Shown here: one piece after another, positions 19,271 to 29,572 of the stretch
How the letters are laid out: every line of letters starts with the position of its first letter
How positions within the stretch are numbered: the stretch's first letter is position 1
Assembly (NCBI GenBank): GCA_964473825.1
Contig: CAYYQL010000003.1
Span: 42,627 to 106,626, forward strand
Source: an uncultured archaeon
Lineage (GTDB): Archaea; Asgardarchaeota; Thorarchaeia; Thorarchaeales; Thorarchaeaceae
Direction of reading: 5' to 3'
DNA: 64,000 nt
Translations under genes and position numbers: made by a program
Notes under the pieces: generated by a model
The model's input: the letters and a program-made list of their open reading frames with translations, nothing else
What the model was told of the DNA's origin: nothing
Database searches by the model: none

Positions 19271-19759
19271 ATACTTGTGTCATGTCCATGAATCAGAAAT
19301 CGACTGTGAATCCCATTCGTCGCTCGTCTAGAGGCAACAGATAGAAGATTTGCTGCCCGTTCATTCCTAGTTCAACTGACAGAAATATCACGTTATCGAT
19401 ACAGGTGTACTGGCAATGACGCTTGTGACATCTGACAGGATGCTTAATACCGAGTGCGGTAATCCAATTGAATCAGATTGCCGACAAGTGCCCGAGTTAG
19501 CCCTCAACTGTTCACTGCCGGTTGGACCGCAGAATATGCCCGTCCAGAGATGGCACTGGTGCAACTCTGTGGAACCATGATATCTACCAGTTCACCCCTA
19601 GTCTTATGCTTTCAGATGGAGCGATAAGGATCTTGTCAGTCTTCTTAGAGAGCTAGCCGCGTACTACCCAGCTTTACCCCAGTTCAAGGCAGCTATCCCA
19701 TACCCTCGATTTTATTACCAAAGTAACTATCCCTTAGCCATCAACCGATACTTGACGAG

Positions 19760-20800
19760 GTGCTAGGACATTTGAGATATGTCAAGATTTCCAAGGCAAA
19801 CACATACAAGTTCCTTGATTGTTTGAAAACAAAAGGGACTCTCTATGCCCCAACAAGAATATCGGAGAGATTCTATGACTTCTGTGAGGTTGACGATGTC
19901 AAAGATGTTGAGTTCCATTACGACCGAACGATACGTCCTCCTCGTCGTTTTTTTTATCCAGCTAAAGAAACAATGTTCACCTTCGACACTACAGAGGTAC
20001 AGCTCTATGAGAATGTTCCAAAAGACACAAAGACAATTCTTTTTGGAGTACACTCCTGCGACATCGTCGGACTCCGCATCGTGGACTCCGAGTTCATAGA
20101 CGAGAATCCCGATCCATACTATAAAAAGCGACGCGAGAATGGCATCATAATCGGCCTCTCATGTCTGCCGGATGAGTACTGTTTCTGCAATGTTCGACGT
20201 GTGGACCTTGTCGACGCGGGCTTTGACCTGTTTTTCCATGAACTGCCTGATGGCTTCTTGGTTCGGGTGGGAACCGTGACGGGCCACAAACTTATCGATC
20301 CCAACATGGAGATGTTTGATGAGGTTACAAAGGAAGACGTTGACTACTTGAGTGCCTTCAGTGAGAAGAGGACCAAGATGTTTCCCATCCAAGGGAACTG
20401 GGATGACCTCAGGTACTTCCTTGAGCTTCGCCGTGATCATCCCATGTATGATCGCGAGAGTGAGGAGTGTCTTGGTTGTGGAAACTGCACTCTCACTTGT
20501 CCCACATGTCGTTGCTATGATGTGACGGATATACCAAGCATTGATGGAATGACTGGAGAACGGGTGCGAATCTGGGATTCTTGTCAATTTCGATCCCATG
20601 GGCTTGTCGCTGGCCCGCACAATTTCAGACCCACTAAGAAATCGCGCTTTGTGAACCGGTATATGTGTAAGAACGCGTACAACAAAGACACGACTACGGC
20701 CTATTGCGTGGGGTGTGGACGTTGTACCTATTTTTGTCCTGCAGATATCAATTTCAGAAAGAATCTGATGGAGATAGGTGGCTACAAGGAGGCGGTTTAG
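19760..20800 (+). CDS. hydB: Group 3b [NiFe] sulfhydrogenase beta subunit
   Basis: FGVHSCDI, CFC, CLGCGNCTLTCPTCRC, WDSC, CVGCGRCTYFCP. Confidence 0.9.
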   Translation: MLGHLRYVKISKANTYKFLDCLKTKGTLYAPTRISERFYDFCEVDDVKDVEFHYDRTIRPPRRFFYPAKETMFTFDTTEVQLYENVPKDTKTILFGVHSCDIVGLRIVDSEFIDENPDPYYKKRRENGIIIGLSCLPDEYCFCNVRRVDLVDAGFDLFFHELPDGFLVRVGTVTGHKLIDPNMEMFDEVTKEDVDYLSAFSEKRTKMFPIQGNWDDLRYFLELRRDHPMYDRESEECLGCGNCTLTCPTCRCYDVTDIPSIDGMTGERVRIWDSCQFRSHGLVAGPHNFRPTKKSRFVNRYMCKNAYNKDTTTAYCVGCGRCTYFCPADINFRKNLMEIGGYKEAV

Positions 20801-20801
20801 T

Positions 20802-21659
20802 ATGAGAACGACTGAGAAATCTGTGTATGATACTCACAAATGCAGACTACTGAGGAAGTACAGTCTCACTGATTTGGAGACTCTGTTTCTCTTTCGTTTT
20901 GAGGACTCGGAAGTTGCACAGAACTGGCGTTTCAAACCGGGCCAGTTTGTGGAGGTATCTCTTCTGGGTCTTGGTGAGGTTCCGATATCGATCTGTTCGT
21001 CCGCGCGGCGGATGGGCTTCTTCGAATTATGTATCAGAAATGCGGGGCGTGTCACCTCTGCAATCCACAAGCTGGCGCCAGGTACCTTAGTAGGTATCAG
21101 GGGGCCTTATGGAAACGGTTTTCCCATGGAGGAGTTTCACGGTCGTGATTTGCTCTGTGTTGCAGCTGGACTCGGTATGGCTCCACTACGATCGGTCTTT
21201 CTGTATGCCATCGACAACAGATGGCAGTTCGGAAACATCACCATCATCAATACCGCGAAGTATGGCAAGGAACTTCTCTTCGAGAAAGAACTCGAGGCAA
21301 TGAAAGATATCGCCACTGCTGAAAACATCGCCATAGTTCAAAGTGTCACTCGTGACCCAGACTATCCGGGCCTTCACGGTCGCTCAACCGAACACATGGA
21401 TAAGGCAAATGTTGACCCGGAGAACTGCGCTGTTGCAATGTGCGGTCCTCCTGCAATGTACCGAGGTATGTTTGATTATCTTGTTGAGAAGGGATACGAC
21501 CCGCGCTACATCTTCGTCACCCTTGAGAGACGGATGAAGTGTGGAGTAGGAAAATGCGGTCACTGCAACATAGGAACCGCAACGTCGTGGAAATATGCCT
21601 GTAAGGATGGGCCAGTCTTCGACTATTACGCTATTACTTCCATTCCGGGGTTGATCTAA
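20802..21659 (+). CDS. hydG: Sulfhydrogenase gamma subunit (FAD/NAD(P)-binding, 2Fe-2S)
   Basis: PGQF, IRGPYGNGF, GLGMAPLRS, CGPP, ERRMKCGVGKCGHC, CKDGPVF. Confidence 0.92.
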   Translation: MRTTEKSVYDTHKCRLLRKYSLTDLETLFLFRFEDSEVAQNWRFKPGQFVEVSLLGLGEVPISICSSARRMGFFELCIRNAGRVTSAIHKLAPGTLVGIRGPYGNGFPMEEFHGRDLLCVAAGLGMAPLRSVFLYAIDNRWQFGNITIINTAKYGKELLFEKELEAMKDIATAENIAIVQSVTRDPDYPGLHGRSTEHMDKANVDPENCAVAMCGPPAMYRGMFDYLVEKGYDPRYIFVTLERRMKCGVGKCGHCNIGTATSWKYACKDGPVFDYYAITSIPGLI

Positions 21660-22475
21660 ATGGCTATCATCGAAGAGTGTGGGGATATCTGCAGGCCAAA
21701 GATGGCGGTCTATGCTCTGACTTCCTGTTATGGTTGCCAGCTTAAGCTTGCTACGGTTCAAAAGATAGTAGAGATCGTACAGGCAGTGGAGATCGAGAGC
21801 TTCTACATGATATCAAGCGCCAGCCAGATGGGCTCTGATGTTGATGTAGCCTTTGTTGAGGGTTCTGTTTCCACTGAGAAGGACCTCGAGGAACTCAAGG
21901 AGATTCGGAGGCATTCACGGATTCTCGTGGCTCTTGGGGCCTGTGCTGTCAACGGAGGTGTCCAGAGTTGGGCTGAGGGTGACAAAGACTACGATGAACT
22001 CTATGCAGAAGTGTATGGTGAGAACAGAATAGACATGCAGGGGCTTCAGGCCACTCCTGTCTCTGACCACGTCAAGGTGGACTACTTCCTCCCTGGCTGC
22101 CCTCCTGAGGAGGACGAACTTCTATATTTCATTTCGGCCTTCCTTTTTGGTACTTTTCCAGAACCCAAGGACTACCCGGTATGTGCAGAATGCAGGCTCG
22201 CAGGGAACTCCTGTATTCTGATCGAGAAGGGAGAACCTTGTCTTGGTCCCGTGACTACCGCCGGGTGTAAGGCACGATGCTTAAGCTATAATGTACCTTG
22301 TATAGGATGCAGGGGGCCAGTCCCACATGAGACTGCTTGGTTCGATTCCCTTGCAAAGCTGTTCAAGAAGAAGGGTTTTGATGAGGAGTACATACGTAAT
22401 CGAATGAAGATATTCGGAGCGCATGATGAAAATCTGGAGCCGATGCTTGAGAAGATTTTTGGAGGGAAGAAGTAA
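21660..22475 (+). CDS. hydD: Sulfhydrogenase delta (small) subunit
   Basis: TSCYGC, VEGSV, GACA, PGCPP, VCAEC, CLGPVT.AGC, CIGCRG. Confidence 0.92.
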   Translation: MAIIEECGDICRPKMAVYALTSCYGCQLKLATVQKIVEIVQAVEIESFYMISSASQMGSDVDVAFVEGSVSTEKDLEELKEIRRHSRILVALGACAVNGGVQSWAEGDKDYDELYAEVYGENRIDMQGLQATPVSDHVKVDYFLPGCPPEEDELLYFISAFLFGTFPEPKDYPVCAECRLAGNSCILIEKGEPCLGPVTTAGCKARCLSYNVPCIGCRGPVPHETAWFDSLAKLFKKKGFDEEYIRNRMKIFGAHDENLEPMLEKIFGGKK

Positions 22476-23809
22476 TGGCCAAGACTAAGAGCAAGAAGAG
22501 ATCGGTAAAGCATCCAATATCCATAGACCACATTGCAAGAATAGAGGGAAAGGCTGGAATCGAGGTATCCTATACAGGTAAGGGAGTAGATGTCGTCCAG
22601 TTCAACGTATTCGAAGGCCCACGCTTCTTCGAGTCAATAACTATTGGCAAGCCAATTGATGAGGCAGTTGCCGTATATCCCCGTGTATGTTCCTTCTGCG
22701 CAGCAGCGCACAAGATTACTGGCGTGCAAGCCGCCGAGAATGCCATTGGGCTCAACTCCACTGGGCAGACAAAGCGTCTTCGTGAGATTCTCTATATTGG
22801 GGACTATATCGAGAGTCATGCGCTTCACCTGTTCCTACTCGCGCTACCCGATTTTCTTGGTTACCATGACGCCTTCACCCTCGGAGAAGAACACCCTGAT
22901 ATCCTCAGGGCTGGTATTGCATTGAAGGATATAGGTGCCGATATTCAGACGGTCTTAGGTTCTCGTTATATCCACCAAGAGAATGTCCTCATAGGAGGAT
23001 TCGGGCGGCTACCAACAAAGACTCAGCTGGAGAAGATAGCCCAACGGCTCAGAGATCTTAGAAATGATGCTGAAGAGGCACTGGAGAATCTGGTGAGCTA
23101 CAGGAACTGGCCCGAAGTAGATGCAGAGCGGGTGCATCTGGCTCTGAAACCTCATGATGGTACTTATTCGATGCTCGGCGACACTGTGCAGGGTACTGAC
23201 GGTAGTGCCTTCCGTGCAGATGCATACAAAATGAGAATCAACGAATCGGTGGTACCACACTCTTTTGCAAAACACAGTCACTACAACAGTGAGCCGTTCA
23301 TGACCTCAGCTCTATCAAGGTTTACGCTCTTCGGAGGTGGGTTGGATGGCAGAGCAAAGGAGCTTGCCGAGATGTATTCAGCACATCTCGACCCCAGTAA
23401 CCCAATGTCAAACAACTTTGCCCAGGCTGTTGAGCTGATCTATTATGTGGATCGGGCCGAGAGGATGTCTCGAGAGTTGGCAGGTGAGTTGAAGCCTTAC
23501 GAACGGCGGATTAAGCCCAAGATCGAGAAGGGCGGTACCGGTGTATCGCTTTCGGAGGCCCCCCGTGGCCTGCTAGCTTACACTATAAAGATCAACAAGG
23601 CAGGCAGGGTCACCGCAGCAGACATTGTGACTCCAACCGCGATGTTCTTACCAATGCTTGAGACTGACCTTCGACGTCTTGCTGAAGCTCTGGCGGAACA
23701 GGGAGTCAAGGACCCTAAGATTATTGGCTCAAAGCTGGAAACTGTTGTCCGCGCCTATGACCCCTGTGTTTCATGTAGCGTCCATGTTGCAGACGTGAAA
23801 CAAGCCTGA
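22475..23809 (+). CDS. hydA: Group 3b [NiFe] hydrogenase large (alpha) subunit
   Basis: RIEG, L1 RVCSFC, EAPRG, L2 DPCVSCSVH followed by a 7-aa cleavable tail. Confidence 0.95.
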   Translation: MAKTKSKKRSVKHPISIDHIARIEGKAGIEVSYTGKGVDVVQFNVFEGPRFFESITIGKPIDEAVAVYPRVCSFCAAAHKITGVQAAENAIGLNSTGQTKRLREILYIGDYIESHALHLFLLALPDFLGYHDAFTLGEEHPDILRAGIALKDIGADIQTVLGSRYIHQENVLIGGFGRLPTKTQLEKIAQRLRDLRNDAEEALENLVSYRNWPEVDAERVHLALKPHDGTYSMLGDTVQGTDGSAFRADAYKMRINESVVPHSFAKHSHYNSEPFMTSALSRFTLFGGGLDGRAKELAEMYSAHLDPSNPMSNNFAQAVELIYYVDRAERMSRELAGELKPYERRIKPKIEKGGTGVSLSEAPRGLLAYTIKINKAGRVTAADIVTPTAMFLPMLETDLRRLAEALAEQGVKDPKIIGSKLETVVRAYDPCVSCSVHVADVKQA

Positions 23810-23818
23810 AACCGTACA

Positions 23819-23853
23819 GCCCTCTACCGTCAGTGTAGTATCACAGAGAGGGC
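23819..23853 (+). terminator. Possible stem-loop after hydA
   Basis: GCCCTCT...AGAGGGC inverted repeat. Confidence 0.3.
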
Positions 23854-23879
23854 ATTCACTTGTTGGCAGGCAACGCTTC

Positions 23880-25748
23880 GTGCTCACAGGTGCTATCGTT
23901 CATAAGAGTGAGGCATGCACAGATTCCCTAGGAGCTGAATGTTACTTGACACTGTCTGGCTACGCAGGAGGCATACTTCATGTCAATCTGACAAATAACA
24001 CAGTCAAGCGTGTCCCTCTCGAAAAGACTTGGATTAACGATTTCATTGGCGGGAGCGGTTACGCTTCAAGAATGCTCTATGAAATGGTCAACTTTGAAGC
24101 CATTCCTCTTGCCTCCATGAATCCGCTGCTCTTTATGACAGGGCCATTGACCAATACTTTGGCACCGTGCAGCGGAAGAGGTGTCTTCTGCGCGAGGTCC
24201 CCTCTTACCGGGTTCTGGGGAGAGTCCAATATTGGGGGTCACTTTGGAGCTGAACTCAAGTCTGCAGGTTTTGACGGAATCATCATTGTCGGCCATTCTG
24301 ACTCTCCCTGTGTTCTAACGCTTTTTGATGGGTATGCCGAAATCATCTCCGGAAGTGACGTCTGGGGACTGAAGACGGAAGATGTCCAGACGGAGTTGAA
24401 AAAGCAGTTCGGCCATTGCGAGATCGCGTGCATAGGACCTGCAGGAGAGAATCTTGTTCGTTTTTCAAGCATCGTGCACAGAGAGAGAGTCGCGGCCAGA
24501 TGTGGACTTGGTGCCATGATGGGTCAAAAAAAACTGAAGGCGATTGTAGTACGTGGGAACAAACCCATCGAGCTTCACAATCCGAAGGGTTTCCTGAAGC
24601 TGACCAGAACCGAGTCCAAGCATCTGCAAGCAGAGAACGAGATATTGAGCAACGAGGGCACCCCCATGTATGTAGATCGTGCTATGTTGCATAATGATAT
24701 GCCGGTCAAGTACTTTCAGTTACCCGAGTTCGATGTGTCATATCTGAACGCCACAGCTCTCGGATCATTCGTTACGGGAAGTACTGCATGTCACTCTTGT
24801 CCTATCGGGTGTGGGAAACGGATTACAGTTCCAAGTGAGGGAGAGAAGGACTATGGCGCGCCAGAGTTTCAGACCATTGCAGCATTTGGACCGAATCTTC
24901 TACTCTCCGATATCCGTGAGGTATCTCTCCTCGGTCGCCTCTGTAACCAGCTTGGAATGGACACGATAAGCACTGGTTCAATAATTGCTTTTGCCACCCA
25001 TCTCTCTGAACAGGGTCTCGTCGACTATGACTTGGAATGGGGCGACTTTGACAAGATACAGCAGGCCATAAGGGCTATTGCATATAGAACAGGATTTGGT
25101 TCAGACCTTGCAGATGGATCACAAGCATTAGGAGAGAAATATGGCTGTGAGAGCGAGGTTCTTCATGTCAAAGGGCTGGAGGTTCCAAATCATGATCCTC
25201 GTGCTTTTGCAGCGATGGCTGTCGTCTACGCAGTATCATCTAGAGGCGCAAGTCATACGGAGGCGGACGCTTATGCTGTAGACATGGGTGTTGAGTTTCC
25301 CGACCTGGGAGTGGTTGCTGGCAATCGATTGAGTGACTCGGGGAGAGGTGTGCTGTCGGCAAGAATACAGGATATTCGAGCATTCTACGATTCATTGATT
25401 CTATGCCACTTTGCCACATTCCCATCCAATACTCTGACAAAGATGCTGGAATATGCGACCGGGATTGCGTTGCGTCCCCTTCAGGTACTTGAGTACGGAT
25501 CGCGTGCAGTCACGATGAAACGCCTGTTCAATCTTAGTTGTGGCCTCACACCGGATGCCGACAGGCTTCCCCCAAATTTGCTCCGTCCTCTCAAAGGTGC
25601 AATAATTGATGGGCATGCGCCTGATCTGCGCCGTCAACTGCACGAATACTATGAATACAGAGGATGGGATGCTGTTTCAGGATGGCCCACTAACAACACA
25701 CTCAAGAATCTACGTCTGGATGCGCTCAAGAATAGCACCCACCGTTAA
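23880..25748 (+). CDS. aor: Tungsten-dependent aldehyde:ferredoxin oxidoreductase family protein
   Basis: RSPLTG, IGPAGENLV, ARCGLGAMMG.KKLKAI, CHSCPIGC, GMDTIS, DPR, RGASH; real start probably near 23947. Confidence 0.92.
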   Translation: MLTGAIVHKSEACTDSLGAECYLTLSGYAGGILHVNLTNNTVKRVPLEKTWINDFIGGSGYASRMLYEMVNFEAIPLASMNPLLFMTGPLTNTLAPCSGRGVFCARSPLTGFWGESNIGGHFGAELKSAGFDGIIIVGHSDSPCVLTLFDGYAEIISGSDVWGLKTEDVQTELKKQFGHCEIACIGPAGENLVRFSSIVHRERVAARCGLGAMMGQKKLKAIVVRGNKPIELHNPKGFLKLTRTESKHLQAENEILSNEGTPMYVDRAMLHNDMPVKYFQLPEFDVSYLNATALGSFVTGSTACHSCPIGCGKRITVPSEGEKDYGAPEFQTIAAFGPNLLLSDIREVSLLGRLCNQLGMDTISTGSIIAFATHLSEQGLVDYDLEWGDFDKIQQAIRAIAYRTGFGSDLADGSQALGEKYGCESEVLHVKGLEVPNHDPRAFAAMAVVYAVSSRGASHTEADAYAVDMGVEFPDLGVVAGNRLSDSGRGVLSARIQDIRAFYDSLILCHFATFPSNTLTKMLEYATGIALRPLQVLEYGSRAVTMKRLFNLSCGLTPDADRLPPNLLRPLKGAIIDGHAPDLRRQLHEYYEYRGWDAVSGWPTNNTLKNLRLDALKNSTHR

Positions 25749-25791
25749 CTTCTTTCGTGGTGGTACTATCGTCGCACCCGGAGAAAACAAG

Positions 25792-26724
25792 ATGCAGCCC
25801 TGGTTTGACCTCCTTTCGCAACTGGCTCTCTTCTATCTACTTATCCTCTTAGGGTTTCTCATATCTCGTCACTACAGAAGAGCCCCTCGTATCAACGAGC
25901 TGGTCACGGGTCTGCTCATCAATATTTTACTCCCGATTCTCATAATGTATACCTTTCTCGGTGCAACTGCAACCGCTCTTTCGGAGCTACCGCTAGTGGT
26001 CTTCGTCACAGTATTCATTCATCTCTCAGGTCTTGTGATGATACTCGTCTTCAGGAGGTCCAGCACCATTGAGAGGAGACGACTCGGGGCAGAGGCCCTT
26101 TCTGTGACTTTCAATAACGGCATATTCCTTCCAGTTCCCCTGATACTGATGTTTATTGGACCGGAGGGCATTCCAATAGTCGCACTCTATTCCATTACCC
26201 AGATGACGCTCTTTTCGACGGGTGGTGCACTTATTGGTTCAGCATACAGTGAGAGTCATGCCAGTCTACGAAAGACAGTCAAGAAGGCGGTTCTATTTCC
26301 TCCATTCATCGCGGCAATCATTGGCATTATTCTTCTCTTGTTCTCTTTCTCTTTGCCAGTACAGCTAGAACCTGTATTCGCTCTCAACGGAACAATGACC
26401 AGCTACCTCTCATTGTTTGTAGTGGGCCTGGGTCTAGGAGAACGATTCAGGTTGGCAAGCTTACGCGAAAACCTGCCGCCTCTCTCTATACGACAACTCC
26501 TTGTCCCAACGGCTACATTCTTGCTACTGACTATTGCGCCTCTCTCACCGGTTGCCAAGAGTGTCCTTTTGCTTGAGGCCATGATGCCTCCTGCTGTCAT
26601 CACTGTCATCTATTCCTCGAACTTTGGGCTGGAGTCCGAAACGGCTGCAGCACTGGTGACTGTGGGAACAGTCCTTCTGTTACCGGTTGTTCCTCTCATG
26701 CCGCTGATGCTGGGTATATGGTGA
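25792..26724 (+). CDS. AEC (auxin efflux carrier) family permease
   Basis: About 10 TM helices, NILLP, FNNGIFLPVP, MMPPA motifs. Confidence 0.85.
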   Translation: MQPWFDLLSQLALFYLLILLGFLISRHYRRAPRINELVTGLLINILLPILIMYTFLGATATALSELPLVVFVTVFIHLSGLVMILVFRRSSTIERRRLGAEALSVTFNNGIFLPVPLILMFIGPEGIPIVALYSITQMTLFSTGGALIGSAYSESHASLRKTVKKAVLFPPFIAAIIGIILLLFSFSLPVQLEPVFALNGTMTSYLSLFVVGLGLGERFRLASLRENLPPLSIRQLLVPTATFLLLTIAPLSPVAKSVLLLEAMMPPAVITVIYSSNFGLESETAAALVTVGTVLLLPVVPLMPLMLGIW

Positions 26725-26784
26725 TTTCACTCCATTAACTATCGAATCTCAATGCATATATCACTTCTAGCAGCAACCGTGTAA

Positions 26785-27123
26785 TTGGTGTCCATATTGA
26801 ATGAGAACGAGTCAGAGAGCGAAAAGACCCCAGAGGAGATTCGCAAATCCCTCAATGATATGGTGAGGAGGTTGGACCAAGTATCTGAGTCTAGTGAAAG
26901 TTGGCGAGCCTCTGTGGACCAGAACAAGACACGGTGGGAGGAACTCAAGACCAAGATACATACTCGGCAGAAGGCACTCAAGCGGCTGGTCATGGATAAG
27001 AAGGCCGGTCTGATCGGCTCTGAGGAGTTTGACCGCAAGTATCGGGAGATTCAAGACGAACTGACTGGTCTGGAATTTGAAGTGTACAATCTCCGCCTTG
27101 GAACATCGGCGAAGTCTGAGTGA
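26785..27123 (+). CDS. Coiled-coil hypothetical protein
   Basis: Heptad-rich 112 aa ORF with SHOCT-like GLIGSEEF motif. Confidence 0.75.
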   Translation: MVSILNENESESEKTPEEIRKSLNDMVRRLDQVSESSESWRASVDQNKTRWEELKTKIHTRQKALKRLVMDKKAGLIGSEEFDRKYREIQDELTGLEFEVYNLRLGTSAKSE

Positions 27124-27135
27124 CTAGGTTACCGT

Positions 27136-28227
27136 CTATTCCTCTCTTGCTCTTCTGTAGATTACCACACCCTCTAGCACTGCTATCAGGCCAAAGACAC
27201 CAGCTAAGCCTCCGAAGAGGATTGGAAATACAGAATCTGTACCTGCTCTTTCTCTGAATTCAAGTGCAGATGTAAGCGCACCAAGATTGTATGTCATCAC
27301 CGCCAAGTAGTCCGCCAAGCCTTCAAAGAAGACCGCTCTCCACCATACTAAGGTCCCTCCATAGTCCTCCACCATTTGCAACGCAAACTCTCCAGCAGCC
27401 TGCAGACGAGCAACATCGGAACCTAGGATCAACGAGATCGACCCATTCCTTAGAGCGTCCTGTACCTGAAGAAGTTCTTTTCCAGAGATCTGGATGTTTC
27501 CTTCTTGCAGATAGGCCACAGCCTCTATACCAAATGCTTCCGCCACGTAGGCCTCCGCTGGAAATACAGTGATGGCTTTCATGCTTGCGAATCCGTAGTC
27601 GCCATTGGTGGTTTCAACGAGGTTCTCGAAGGCTGTGACATCCTCCACAAAGCTCTCGAAGTTGTTATCAAAGAACCCTGATAGGCTGTCATCTATTGCC
27701 GATAACGCAACTCTCGTCGCATTGGCAATGGCTAGTGCATTTGTCGGAAGCAACCAGTACCCATGTGGATTCCCCTCGAGTTCGTGTTCTTCATGATCAT
27801 GCTCTTCATCTTCGTGGACCAATTCGAGGTCTCCCGGAAGAGGTGATAGTCTTGCACCGTAGTCGGTATAATTCTCAATTGCATCGGCATTTTGAAGGCT
27901 TATGAAGGGGTTTTCAGTCTGCTCGGACAGACTATCCTCCCATGGAAAATGTCCAGTGAAGACAAGTAGGTCGGCATTCTGAGCAGCGGCTACAGCCTCA
28001 GTTGGAAGCTGAGACGCATGAGGCTCCACCCCTTCTGGCAGAATGATGACAGTCTCGACAGAACCACCGCCTACTCTCTTGACAATGCCTCCAAGTGGGG
28101 CTATGGAGACCGCCACAGAATACGTGGGATCTTCTTGTGCTTCCACTCCCGATAGCAGGCCCAGCGGTCCTAGTGTTACCAGTATCATGATTAGTATGAC
28201 AGATCTTCGCTTTCTCATGAAGGACAC
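27136..28227 (-). CDS. Metal ABC transporter substrate-binding protein (ZnuA/cluster A-I) with C-terminal TM anchor
   Basis: GVEPH, His/acidic loop HEDEEHDHEEHE, NPHGYWL. Confidence 0.9.
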   Translation of the reverse strand: MSFMRKRRSVILIMILVTLGPLGLLSGVEAQEDPTYSVAVSIAPLGGIVKRVGGGSVETVIILPEGVEPHASQLPTEAVAAAQNADLLVFTGHFPWEDSLSEQTENPFISLQNADAIENYTDYGARLSPLPGDLELVHEDEEHDHEEHELEGNPHGYWLLPTNALAIANATRVALSAIDDSLSGFFDNNFESFVEDVTAFENLVETTNGDYGFASMKAITVFPAEAYVAEAFGIEAVAYLQEGNIQISGKELLQVQDALRNGSISLILGSDVARLQAAGEFALQMVEDYGGTLVWWRAVFFEGLADYLAVMTYNLGALTSALEFRERAGTDSVFPILFGGLAGVFGLIAVLEGVVIYRRAREE

Positions 28228-28233
28228 TCCATT

Positions 28234-28261
28234 TTATTAACTTCTCTGCATTGGTTAATAA
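28234..28261. promoter_or_regulatory. Putative NikR operator 1 (TTATTAAC-N12-GTTAATAA)
   Basis: Perfect 8-bp inverted repeat, 28 bp total, in the divergent promoter. Confidence 0.7.
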
Positions 28262-28283
28262 CACTGTGTCATGGATGCGCAGG

Positions 28284-28311
28284 TTATTAAGTGTTACGTC
28301 ATAGTTAATAA
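28284..28311. promoter_or_regulatory. Putative NikR operator 2 (TTATTAAG-N12-GTTAATAA)
   Basis: Same half-sites and spacing, 50 bp from operator 1. Confidence 0.7.
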
Positions 28312-28366
28312 TCACGGGATTGCACTTTGCAAGTCAACGCTAGTAGAAATTGAGGTTGTGAGATAG

Positions 28367-28759
28367 TTGCCTATAGTAGCAGTATCAATGTCTGATGCTG
28401 ATTTGGAAGACCTAGAAGACCTTCAGTCAGAAGGAGGATTCTCCAGCAGGTCTGATGTTGTTCGGCATGGGATAAGGTCTCTCTTGGCAGAGCATAGGGA
28501 CCTTGAGGAACTGAGGGGTGAGATTAGCATAGTAATGACAGTGAGCTATGCATCGCAGGGCAAGGATGCTGTATGCAATCGCGTGCAACATGCCTATAGC
28601 AATCTCATCACTGCACTGATGCATTCTCATGCGTCAGACGGCCGTTGTGTCGACGTCTTGATGACCAAGGGGTCTGCTGAGAAGGTCAGAGAGTTTGTCA
28701 AGAACCTTCGTAGCCAGAGGCATGTAAACCAGATACAGATCACAGTCCTTGGGAGCTGA
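28367..28759 (+). CDS. nikR: NikR family ribbon-helix-helix metalloregulator
   Basis: N-terminal RHH (VAVSM...SRSDVVR), C-terminal QH...HSH.....C ligand set. Confidence 0.85.
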   Translation: MPIVAVSMSDADLEDLEDLQSEGGFSSRSDVVRHGIRSLLAEHRDLEELRGEISIVMTVSYASQGKDAVCNRVQHAYSNLITALMHSHASDGRCVDVLMTKGSAEKVREFVKNLRSQRHVNQIQITVLGS

Positions 28760-28765
28760 CAATAG

Positions 28766-29572
28766 TTGCGTGAGAATCATGTTCTCTTCGAGTCAGAGAA
28801 CCTCTGGGTCAAATACCCAAATGGCGAAGTTGCCCTTCACGATGTCACATTTCAAATCCAAGAACCAAGCTTTGTTGCAGTCATCGGCCCCAATGGATCC
28901 GGGAAGAGTACGCTGGTAAAGACAGCTCTTGGCCTGCTCAATCCATTTCGTGGGCGCATCGGATTATTTGGATATGACTCTGTGGAACAACCTGGCGAAA
29001 TTCGGAAAAGAGTTCGCTACTTACCCCAAAGAGATCGCATCGATGTTAACATCCCGATGAAAGTCATTGATATAGTCTTGATGGGCCGACTTCTGAAGAA
29101 GCGCCCCCCTCGCATAGCTTCTTCGACAGACAAGAAGATCTCAATGAGAGCACTGGAGAAGGTGAATATGGAGAAGCTCTGGGAGAGGCCATTTCCCGAG
29201 CTCTCCGGAGGGCAACGGCAGCGTGTCCTTGTTGCCAGAGCTCTTGCCAGCGAAGGCAAACTCCTACTGCTTGATGAGCCTCTCGCGGGGACTGACGTGG
29301 AGAGCCAGAATATGATTGTGGAAGCTCTCAAGGCTTACCATGAGGAGAACGACGTTAGCGTTATCATGGTGACCCACGACCTGAATCCGATACATACCTT
29401 GGTGCAAGATGTTCTATTGCTACAGAACACTGTGATAGGGGTTGGCACTCCATGTTCGATCATGGATCCGGAGCTTCTTCAGAAGGTGTATGGTCCAGAT
29501 GCGCGAGTTGTGGAATATGCGGGCCATCGCTATTGTGTGACGAGAGACTCGGGAGTTGACAGACATGCTTGA
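28766..29572 (+). CDS. Metal ABC transporter ATP-binding protein (ZnuC-like)
   Basis: GPNGSGKS, LSGGQRQR, LLLDEP, VTHD. Confidence 0.92.
   Translation: MRENHVLFESENLWVKYPNGEVALHDVTFQIQEPSFVAVIGPNGSGKSTLVKTALGLLNPFRGRIGLFGYDSVEQPGEIRKRVRYLPQRDRIDVNIPMKVIDIVLMGRLLKKRPPRIASSTDKKISMRALEKVNMEKLWERPFPELSGGQRQRVLVARALASEGKLLLLDEPLAGTDVESQNMIVEALKAYHEENDVSVIMVTHDLNPIHTLVQDVLLLQNTVIGVGTPCSIMDPELLQKVYGPDARVVEYAGHRYCVTRDSGVDRHA

Noticed and set aside
19280-19740. Hidden small gene in the hdrA/hydB gap
   Set aside because: Only short ORFs with no SD or recognisable pattern
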